The notes under the pieces: generated by a model
Seen by the model: the letters and a program-made list of their open reading frames with translations, nothing else
Told to the model about the DNA's origin: nothing
Database searches by the model: none
Shown here: positions 9,402 to 18,058 of the stretch, one piece after another
Numbering within the stretch: the stretch's first letter is position 1
Layout of the letters: each line of letters opens with the position of its first letter
DNA from: Methanobacteriota archaeon
Lineage (GTDB): Archaea; JAADCQ01; Methanopyri; Methanopyrales; Methanopyraceae
Length of the DNA stretch: 64,000 bases
Assembly: GCA_027064305.1 (NCBI GenBank)
Contig: JAMOPY010000001.1
Span: 1 to 64,000, forward strand
Direction: 5' to 3'
Translations under genes and position numbers: made by a program

Positions 9402-10717
9402 TCAGGCCGGAGCGCGCCGGACCCTCCTTACCGGGATCACCGGTACCACCGGGGCGGGCGCCTCGCTGTGGTTCCATCCCCCTCCCTCCACGCGGAACAC
9501 CGTCGAGGCCTGCGCCTTTCCGAGCGGCCCCTCGTACTCCACGATCAGGGTGTAAAGACCGGGCCGCCTCGGCGCCCGGAACTCGAACGCCACGCACCCT
9601 CCGAACCCGTAGCCTTCAGGCAGCCTCACCTCACCCAGCTTCCTCGTCGACCCCCGGTTATCTTCCAGCCTGAACCTCAGGACGCCCCTCGATGGGTAAC
9701 CCATGGGTTGGTAGTCCAGCGTCACCAGGTACGGCTGGGCGTACACGATCACCCGGGAGCCGGCGCTCACGCGATGGGGCGCCTTGATTTCAAGGTGCAC
9801 CTTCAGCCGCTGGACCCGATCACCGCAACCACGGGCACGTATGGGAACCCGAACCGCCGGGTCACCTGCGGCCACTCATACCGCATCACCTCCGCACGCC
9901 TCCGCTCGTACTCGTCGAGCGACTGACTCGCCGGGTTAACGCCGACGACGCCCACGCGGGCTTCCGGGAGCACAAGCACCAGGTGGTCCGTGAGGTACAC
10001 TTGATGAACCCCGTCGGACTCGAGGGTCACACCTCCCGGCCACGCAAAGAGCTCAACCCACGCCCCGATACCCTCGGGGTCGCTGCGCAGGTAGAAGCCG
10101 TTGTTGAAGCCCGGCTGCGCCGGGACCGGCCACTCGATGACCCCGTAGTAATACAGGCTTCTTAGCACTTCCCTGTAGTGCTTCGGGTAGTACATTCGGA
10201 AGTTTGGCACCCGGTGTACCGCGGGGATCTTGAGCCTCAGGACCAGCGCCGAGCAAGAGATCGGATCCTTGGGATCGTGCCTCGGGACGACTCGGAAGTC
10301 GAGTTGGATTCACTTCCATCTCTCGCCCAGGAACTCCCACGTAACCTTTGAGCGGCCCACGGGCTCGGCCCGCTCCCACCTCACGCCGAACCGGTCGGAC
10401 AGGACCGTGGTCGTCGGGCAGAACCGGGCCTCGAGCACCTCCGTGCCCTCCGGCAGGAGCACGTGCAGCGTCACCGGCTTCCCGGGCTCCTTGGCTCGGA
10501 TGTACGCCCGGTACTCCGCGATCACGTAGTCGAGAACCCTCTCGGTGCCGCCGTGTCCCGTAGCCACCGTTCTCTCGTGGACGTCCTTGATTACCAGCCA
10601 GCCCTGCACGCCCACGTCCAGGAGCGCCTCCGGGCCCGTCCAGGAGTCGCCGTGAGCGGGCGCCAGCAGGATCAGGGCGATGATCGGAACGATCGCGACC
10701 GGGGGCGCCCGCTCCAC
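9402..10717 (-). pseudogene. Interrupted secreted protein with C-terminal PVVPVIPV-RRVRR tail
   Basis: Signal-peptide ORF ends at in-frame TGA (10310-10312). The same frame continues through the 9803-10210 ORF, then a frameshift near 9815 leads into the ORF carrying the tail. Confidence 0.65.
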
Positions 10718-11625
10718 GATTTGACCCCTTTCCGCCGAGTGTGCGGTCGGCTAGGGGCCCAGATGCCTATCAGTTGCGTCGTCCAGCCTGTCCCGCCCTG
10801 GCTGCACGACCTTCGTCCTGAGGGGCGTCGGAAACCGCGTGAGCGGAAAGGTCAGCGACGGGAACGAGCCGCTCCCCTTGGATTCCGTCCCCGCGACGAC
10901 CCTGGCGGCCCCTCAAACATCCCCGCTGGGACGACGTCGTCGGTGTTGCCGCAACTTTGGCTCGCCGCGGCTAGGGTGCCGCTTTACTCACTTGGAGTAG
11001 ACCGCGTGGTACCGTCCGTCGGCGACCCGCCGACGCTCCATCAGGGAATCGGAAGCGTCAGGGGTTCGCGCCGGTAGCGCCTCACCCGCTTAATTCGCGG
11101 AAGGTCTCTAACCGGTCCCTAAGCGCTCGACCCACCCGTCGAAAGACTCTTCCAGCACGTCCAGTTCCCAGAGGCTCATCGAAGGTCTCCCTGGATGGAG
11201 GGTCGGAGCGCTCTCTCTACCGGAGGAGCGCGTTCCCGCTGGGACCCGGCGGTTGGGGAACTCAGGAGGGCCGAGGGCTGGGCGTTGGGGTACGGGAGCT
11301 GCCCGTCCCACGGCGTGGGAGGGGGTCTCCGGTGAGATCATGAGAGGCTGCTGGGGGATGATCTAAGTCGCGGAGGGTGTCGGGATGGTCAAGATGGCCG
11401 ACGGTGGGTGGGTGGCTCGAGACCCCCTCGGACGCGCTGTTCCGGGACTGGTCAGGGCCCTGCTGAACGCGTCGGTGTGGGGAACTGAGAGCCCCGATCC
11501 TAAGTGGGCTTAACTGGGTGGCCGATTCTTCCTCATGCTTCGGGGCAACCGGGTGGCGAAGCGCTGGATGGAAAGGAGAGGGTGAGGTGGGGAAGCGGGC
11601 CGAGGGGTTGGTCGTCCCTCCCTGA

Positions 11626-14600
11626 CTATTCCAGCTCCCTTTTGATTTCCTTGACCCGCTCGATCGTTTCCTCATCGGCGTTCCAGTAGCCACGCTCGTA
11701 GGCCTCGATCAGCCGGTCGGCGACCTCCCGGAGGGCGGCGGGGTTGAGCTCCTTCATGCGCTCCCGGGTGTCCTCGTCGAAGAGGTACTCGCGGGCGACG
11801 CCCTCCCAGACCCAGTCCTCGACGGTGTCGGTCGTGGCGGCGAGGCCGACGAGGTTCTCCACCCGCTTCGCGATCTCCCGGCATCCGTCGTAGCCGTGCT
11901 TGAGCATCTCCCGCTTCCACTTCTCGTTCAGGAGCCGGGAGGCGGCGCCGGAGCGGACGACGGTCTGCAGGTCCTGGACCTCGGGGTCCTCGCCGGAGCA
12001 GGAGTCGATGACGTAGGTGTCGGCGTCCTCGGCGGCCGCGGTCAGCCCGCCGAGGAACTCGTAGTAGTGGTCGAGGTCGATGACGTCGTAGGAGCGGTGC
12101 GAGCGGACCTGGGCGGTCGCGTCCTGGCGGCCGGCCACGGTCTCGAAGAGCTCGCGGGCCTCCTCCCCGTGGATTTCCTCGCCGTACGCGTAGCCCATGT
12201 CGTTGAGGTAGGCGTCGATCAGCTCGGCCTCGTCGTCCCAGTCCGAGGACTCGACCTTGGAGCGCATGTTGTCGGCCGCGTAGAGGTCGGGTCGGGGGCC
12301 GAACACGCGGGCCTCGGGGTGCTCGTGGCCTTCCTCGCGGAGCTCCCGGACGTGCTTCCTCACGGGGTTCACGTCCTCGGGCTCGTCGAGCTCGGCGACC
12401 TTCCGCACGGCCCGGTCGATTAGCTCGACCACGTTGGGGAACGTGTCCCGGAAGATCCCGCACATGGTGATGACGACGTCCACCCGGGGCCGGTCCAGCT
12501 CCTCGGCGGGGATGGGCTCGACGTCGATCACGTTGCCGGCGTCGTCGCGGACGGGTCGGACGCCGAGGAGCTCGAAGATCATCGCGACGGTCTCGCCGCC
12601 CGTCTGCATCGTCTCGAAGGCCCAGAGGACGAGGCCCACGGTCTCCGGGTACCGGCCGTGCTCCTCCCGGTAGCGCTCGAGCAGCTCCCTCACGGCCTTG
12701 CGGGCGCGCTCCTCGGCCTCGGGGGTGGGGATCCGCCGCGGGTTGAGGGAGGTGAGGTTCCGGCCGGTGGGCACGACCTCGGGGTTCCGCTCGATCTCGC
12801 CGCCGGGGGACGGCTCGAGGTAGCGGCCGCGGAGGGCGCGGACGAGGGACTCGGTCTCGCGCTCGTAGGACTCGACCAGCCCGTCGACGAGCCCTCGGAC
12901 GGCGTCGGGGTCCGAGAACGCCTCCCGGAGCCGGTCCTCGCCCTCCTCGACGTACTCCCGGACGATCTCGACCGCCTCGTCCCGGTCGGTGGCGAGCAGG
13001 TCCCGGGACTCGGCGTAGCTCACGGCCGTCTCGGCGATCAGCTCGGGGTCCGGGTCCGCGCCCACGACGTGCAGCCCGCACGGGATCCGGTCCCGCAGCG
13101 CCCGGCGGACCATCGCCTCCACCGCGCCCACGAACGCGTCGTCGTCCTCGACCTCGAGCCGGATTCCGGCGGCCTCGACGACCTCTCGGAGCTCCTCCAC
13201 GTCCGCCCGGCCCTCGCGCACGTCCTCGCAGAGGCGCAGGAGGTCCCGGTACCCCTTCAGCTCCGGGTCGGCGAGCGGCGGGTGCAGGTGGGAGACCATG
13301 CACGCGTACGCCCGGTGCTTGGCGATCGCGGCCTCGGACGGGTTGTTCACGTTGTACAGGTACACGTGCGGGAGCGGCGTGATGAGCAGGTCCGGGAAGC
13401 AGGACTCCGAGAGCGCCTTCTCCTTGCCCGGCAGGAACTCCAGGGTCCCGTGCGTGCCGAAGTGCAGGATCACGTCCGCCCCCCACTCGCGCCGCAGCCA
13501 CTCGTAGAAGCAGACGTAATGGTGCGTGGGCGGCGTGTCGTCGTGGTACGACTCCTCGGACTCGTGGAGGCCCCGCGTCGGCTGGAAGCCCACGAACACG
13601 TCGCCCAGGTCCAGCCCGAAGATGGGGAGCGCACCGTCCACGACCAGCGGGTCCTCCTCCGGCTTGCCCCAGGCCTCGAGCACCCGCTCCCTCGCCTCCC
13701 GAGGCAGTCCCTCGAACCACTCTCGGTACCGCCCGAGCGGGACCTCGTCCGCCCTCGGCACGTCCTCCGGGCGCCGGTGCCGCAGGTCCGGGTTCCCCAG
13801 CCGCCGCAGCGCGTCGTCCGTGACCCGATCCAGGTCCACCTTCAGCCCCAGCTCGTCCCGCAGCAGCCTCAGCACGTTCCGGAGGCTCGAGAACGTGTCC
13901 AGGTAGGCCGCCTCCCCCACGTTCTCCTCGCCCGGCGGGTAGTTGAACAGCACGATCGCCACCCTCCGCGGCCCGCGCCGGCGCAGGTCCACCCACCGGC
14001 GCACCAGCTCCGCCGCCCGCTCCACGTTCTCCCCGATCGGCTCCATCGCGTGCAGGGGCACGTCCCCGAACCGGCCCACCTCCGCCTGACACGCGACCGG
14101 GGGCAGGAAGATGGCCGAGTCCAGCTCCGGCAGGGACACGTTGATCAGCAGGCTCAGCGGGTCCATCCCGAACTCGCTCTCCTCCCACTCCTCCCGGTCC
14201 AGGTACCAGACCTGCGGGGCGACGAAGTAGGGCACGTCCCACCGTCGCAGCAGCTCGATCCCCCGCTCGACCTCGCCGCCCATCGGCCCACCCACGATCC
14301 GGAAGCAGGTCAGGGCGACCACCGCGTCCGGCCGCTCACCCTCGAAGAACCGGGTCAGCGTGCCGTACGCGTCCACCGAGCAGTACGCGCCGACGGCGCC
14401 CAGCCCCTCCTCCCGGAGCGCCTCGATGACCGCGTCCACGTGCTCCAAGTTCCCGTTCGAGTAGAATAACTTGTAGAACGTGACCGGGACGAGCGTCCCG
14501 TACTCCCCGCGCAGCTCCCCCAGAAAGTCCTCGTCCACCAGCCCACGCTCCGGGTCGTAGAGCGCGCGGCCCGGGATCTCGCGCGGCGGGTCCGGCTCCC

Positions 14601-15141
14601 GAACGTCCGCGCCCGCGAGCTCGCGAGCGAGGTACAGCAGCAGGTTCTCCACGTTGTCCACGCCACCGTAGTCCCAGTACCGGAACGCCCGCATCGCGAC
14701 CTTCAGCCGCCTCAGCGCCCCGAACCAGCCCATCCTCTCCGCGAGCTTGGCCCCGCGCTCCAGCGCCTCGTCCATGCGCACGCCCGACAGGTTGTCCCTC
14801 CGACCCTCCATCATCCGTCTCAGGAACCGGAAGAGCCGACTCTTTTCCAGCCCCAGGCTCTTGAACGAGGCCCGCATGACCTCGAAGCAGGAGTGCACCG
14901 CGACGAACGGCGTTTCCTCCGCGAGCCCGTCCAGATTCACCGATCTCGCCGCGGCCGTGTCCATCACGTTCAGTACCGCGAAGTCGGCCTCGCGCATCGC
15001 CTCCACGAACTCCTCCGACCGCTCGCGCAGGTCCCACGAGTAGAACATCCGAACGTCAACCTTGCCCCTCAGGCGCTCCGCGGCCTTCGCGACGCTGAGC
15101 GAGTACGGCTGGTGCCCAATCACTACGACCGCTTTAACCAT
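11626..15141 (-). CDS. CobN/magnesium chelatase H (ChlH/BchH)-family chelatase large subunit
   Basis: 1171 aa; LPELD, NYPP, HFGTHGTLEFLPGK, NNPSEAAIAK, PTGRN, RPRVDVVITMCGIFRD, DHYYEFLGG motifs. Confidence 0.9.
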   Translation of the reverse strand: MVKAVVVIGHQPYSLSVAKAAERLRGKVDVRMFYSWDLRERSEEFVEAMREADFAVLNVMDTAAARSVNLDGLAEETPFVAVHSCFEVMRASFKSLGLEKSRLFRFLRRMMEGRRDNLSGVRMDEALERGAKLAERMGWFGALRRLKVAMRAFRYWDYGGVDNVENLLLYLARELAGADVREPDPPREIPGRALYDPERGLVDEDFLGELRGEYGTLVPVTFYKLFYSNGNLEHVDAVIEALREEGLGAVGAYCSVDAYGTLTRFFEGERPDAVVALTCFRIVGGPMGGEVERGIELLRRWDVPYFVAPQVWYLDREEWEESEFGMDPLSLLINVSLPELDSAIFLPPVACQAEVGRFGDVPLHAMEPIGENVERAAELVRRWVDLRRRGPRRVAIVLFNYPPGEENVGEAAYLDTFSSLRNVLRLLRDELGLKVDLDRVTDDALRRLGNPDLRHRRPEDVPRADEVPLGRYREWFEGLPREARERVLEAWGKPEEDPLVVDGALPIFGLDLGDVFVGFQPTRGLHESEESYHDDTPPTHHYVCFYEWLRREWGADVILHFGTHGTLEFLPGKEKALSESCFPDLLITPLPHVYLYNVNNPSEAAIAKHRAYACMVSHLHPPLADPELKGYRDLLRLCEDVREGRADVEELREVVEAAGIRLEVEDDDAFVGAVEAMVRRALRDRIPCGLHVVGADPDPELIAETAVSYAESRDLLATDRDEAVEIVREYVEEGEDRLREAFSDPDAVRGLVDGLVESYERETESLVRALRGRYLEPSPGGEIERNPEVVPTGRNLTSLNPRRIPTPEAEERARKAVRELLERYREEHGRYPETVGLVLWAFETMQTGGETVAMIFELLGVRPVRDDAGNVIDVEPIPAEELDRPRVDVVITMCGIFRDTFPNVVELIDRAVRKVAELDEPEDVNPVRKHVRELREEGHEHPEARVFGPRPDLYAADNMRSKVESSDWDDEAELIDAYLNDMGYAYGEEIHGEEARELFETVAGRQDATAQVRSHRSYDVIDLDHYYEFLGGLTAAAEDADTYVIDSCSGEDPEVQDLQTVVRSGAASRLLNEKWKREMLKHGYDGCREIAKRVENLVGLAATTDTVEDWVWEGVAREYLFDEDTRERMKELNPAALREVADRLIEAYERGYWNADEETIERVKEIKRELE

Positions 15142-15369
15142 TAGATCATCCCCGTTTAAGCCGCCCGGTCTGAGCTAATAATTATTTCACACCGAGCCGC
15201 CGGATAGTAGGAGGTAGTGACAGAACGAAAGGCGATCGTCCGAGCCGTACCGGCGCGGCCCCGGCGTTCACGCTCGGTGATCACTTCTAGGAGATGAAAA
15301 ATACCTTACCTCCCGATCGTGCCGGTTCCACTTCCCCGTGGCCACGGGTCCCGGGGGGACCGCGGGCCG

Positions 15370-16077
15370 ATGGAGCCTCTGACGCTGGCCCTGCTCGTCC
15401 TTCCCGGGGACCCGAGCAACCTCACAGGGCCGGTTCTTGAGCACCCCGAGGTGCTCTTGGCCAAAGGGAGGGCGGGAGGTGGGGCGGGGAAGGTAGTGGT
15501 GAAGGTAGTCATAAAGCTCCTTCGGGCGCTCAGAAAGCGTAGGAAGCGTAGGCTCTCAGAGCTCCACGAGCTCTACCCGGAGTGGTGGGGAGTCTGGAGA
15601 TACGGCTCCGCCGCCCCCTACTGGAAGGTCCGAGTGTACTGCCGGGTGGTTCCTCTGTGCCTCCTGACCGCTTTCGCGACCCTACTCTCCGTAGGTTTTG
15701 GCCTCCTCGCGTTGCTCTGCGCGGGCGTGATCGAGAGTTCCTGGGGCTACACGGCCGCGATGTCGATCACCGCCGCCTTCGCCGGCGTCCTCCTCGAGCT
15801 GATGGGATCGTGTTACGCCATCAAGAGGTTCCTGGACGCCGCGCTCAGAGGCGAGGGCCTGAGGGGCTGTCTCCATGCTTTCAAGCTGTGCGGGGTCTAC
15901 GGCCTCTCAATGGCGCTAATCATGTACGTACTGGTCATAGCCGCAGCGATCGCGGTGGTCCGGGAGGACCTCCGTAGTCTCCCACTGCCAGTCCGGGCCT
16001 CGTCGCTGGCGGCGTTGATCGCTCCGGAGATTACGGGACTCTGGACCCTGTGGTGGGGTTTGTGGGTGGTAAGTTAA
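15370..16077 (+). CDS. Lineage-specific membrane protein (~4 TM)
   Basis: ATG 15370 with GGGGGG SD; N-terminal leader, basic patch, hydrophobic helices. Confidence 0.65.
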   Translation: MEPLTLALLVLPGDPSNLTGPVLEHPEVLLAKGRAGGGAGKVVVKVVIKLLRALRKRRKRRLSELHELYPEWWGVWRYGSAAPYWKVRVYCRVVPLCLLTAFATLLSVGFGLLALLCAGVIESSWGYTAAMSITAAFAGVLLELMGSCYAIKRFLDAALRGEGLRGCLHAFKLCGVYGLSMALIMYVLVIAAAIAVVREDLRSLPLPVRASSLAALIAPEITGLWTLWWGLWVVS

Positions 16078-16124
16078 GGGCAAGGACTCCCCCGTCGACC
16101 GAACGCGGGCCCGGGGCCCGGTGG

Positions 16125-16665
16125 GTGCTGGAGCCACTAACGCTGGTTCTGCTCGTCCTTCCCGGGGGACCCGGGGCGACTTCACAGGACCGGTTCCTGA
16201 GCATCTCGAAACGCTCCTGGCCAAGGGGGGCAGGGGCGGCGGTAGTGGCCGGGGTCAGGCTCTCCCGGGCCGGTGAAGTGCTGGAGTCCGGGGAGCTTTC
16301 CCGGGGCGCTCAAGGGGCGCCGGTTTCGGGGGCATCACTTCAGGCTGGAGCGCGAGCGGCTGCTGATCCTGCACCGGAGGGTGCGGGCTCACTACGTGGC
16401 ATCGTTCCTGTGTAAGGCTCTGGCGACTCCCGTGATGTTCCTCGCGTTCGTCGCCTTCCCGGGGCTGGCCGACGTCCTGGAGCGTGAGGACGCCCCGACC
16501 GCGTGCTTCTACGCCCTGATCGCGGCGATTTTCCTCCCCCAATTCAGACTCAGGGTCGAGGTGTCGGAGATGGAGGAAGCCGTCGAGGCCTTTTCGGACG
16601 CCGTGCTCGCCGGCAAGGGTTCCCAAAGACTGCCTCCGCTCCTTCCGAGGGCACGGCGTTCCTAA
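16125..16665 (+). pseudogene. Frameshifted paralog sharing the N-terminal leader of 15370-16077
   Basis: 16125-16235 is a diverged DNA copy of 15370-15480 (LEPLTLVLLVLPG/DPG.FTGPVPEHLETLLAKG); a TM-containing ORF follows in another frame. Confidence 0.5.
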
Positions 16666-16915
16666 GTGAATGCTCTCGGCGCTGCTCGTGGTGGTGCTGA
16701 CCTGGACGCCGCTCGGGAGGGTCAAGAGCCGGACCCTCCTGCTACGTCGCTGACGACGGCCGTGACTCATCCGGTGCTCCCGGGACTCTGGGTGCCGAGG
16801 TGGAGCTCGTGGGTGGTCGGATGAGCCGCCAGGGACGCCGACGTCCGCCCGACCGGCCCGCGGTCGTGAATCAAGCCCTTCCCTCGGGAGGCTGCGCCGA
16901 GGCGGGACCGCCGGT

Positions 16916-16972
16916 GGGAATGATGACCGCCTGGGTCCCCGAGCGGTGAGGAAACTGGGGCGGCCCTGACCC
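16916..16972 (+). ncRNA. C/D box sRNA (2'-O-methylation guide)
   Basis: GGG stem, C box ATGATGA (16920), 12-nt guide, D' CCGA, C' TGAGGA, 13-nt guide, D CTGA (16966), CCC stem; canonical archaeal spacing. Confidence 0.75.
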
Positions 16973-17386
16973 GAGGTGGGCGCGCCCGTCCGCGCGGCCG
17001 CCGCCATCATTAACCCGGACCCGCGTCGAGGCCCGGGGGCCGCCGCTCCTCCCGAGAAGTAGATGTGAGGTAGGGGTAAGCCGGGCTCGTAGTCGTAGGA
17101 GGGTCCCGACCGGTGGGCTCGAGTCCGGTCATTCCGGCTCGTTGTGGTCGGTACCTCGCGGGTCGAAATCACGTTCGATGGGTCGGAGACCCGTTGAGCG
17201 GTTCGGGTCCGGCCTTCGGTGTCGGGCCGGACGCCCGCGTTGGGCGTCGGGTACCGAACCCGGTCGGGGGCTGACGTCGCTTTCGGAGGCTCGGTATCGT
17301 GGTTTTCCGAGAACGACCGGGGCGTGCGCCGCGCTCCCGGTCCGGGAGTCTCACGTCTTACACCGACCGCCGCGTCGGGAGGCCTC

Positions 17387-17803
17387 CTACGCCTCCTCCC
17401 TGCTCACCGTGATCTCGCAGACGCCGTCCGACTTCCGGCATTCGGTCACCGTGCCGTTGTAGAGCTCTTCCAGGAGCCCGATCGTGACGCAGACGGCGTC
17501 GGTGGCTCCGCCGTCCCCCGCGATCGCCTCCGTGTTGCCCTTGAGCAGGTCTTCGACGACGCAGAAGGGACAGTCTTGAATGGTCACCCTCACCTCGTCG
17601 TCGCCCTCCTTTATCTTCACGTTGTCCCCGAAGAGGAGGTGAAGCTGTTCCTCCGGGTCCTCGTGCCCGAGTGTCCGGAGCTCCCGGGCCAGCACCCTGG
17701 AGAAGTACCTAATGAAGGCGGCTCGGGCCCGTCCCATCACCTCCCAGGAGGCTTCCTCGAGGGCCGCGACCGCGGCAATTAGCAGCTCCTCACTCCTGTC
17801 CAA
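17387..17803 (-). CDS. V4R / methanogen-output-like small-molecule-binding protein
   Basis: TTG start with GAGGGG SD; CPFC...VC...C...C pattern typical of V4R-like domains. Confidence 0.6.
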   Translation of the reverse strand: MDRSEELLIAAVAALEEASWEVMGRARAAFIRYFSRVLARELRTLGHEDPEEQLHLLFGDNVKIKEGDDEVRVTIQDCPFCVVEDLLKGNTEAIAGDGGATDAVCVTIGLLEELYNGTVTECRKSDGVCEITVSREEA

Positions 17804-18058
17804 AGGCGGCCCCTCGGGGGGGGGAATTCGGAACGAAATATTTTCCGGTTTAGTGTTCAACCAGAAAAATTAAATTGAAACTGGCTCGTTTCCCGGGCGG
17901 CTGGTAACTGTTTCTTGTTCTTGCGGCCCGAGATCGCGTCGTCGGTCCCGATTCGCCCGGTGGTGGGACGGCAAGGCTTGCGGTCTCGCACCTGGGCGTC
18001 GCCTCGGGGTCCGTGTGCGCTTTAAGCGGTGGGTGTGGTCGGGGGCGGGGGTGTTGGG

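Noticed and set aside
10720-11620. Possible gene or ncRNA in the ~900-bp gap
   Set aside because: Only short, motif-less ORF fragments; looks like decayed sequence with no supportable call
15189-15279. CACCGAGC...GCTCGGTG long-range inverted repeat upstream of the chelatase (riboswitch?)
   Set aside because: Only 8 bp in a GC-rich genome, and no cobalamin-riboswitch consensus recognised
16953-16965. sRNA guide resembling the 23S P-loop sequence CTGGGGCGG
   Set aside because: It matches the rRNA sense strand rather than its complement, so it cannot guide that site
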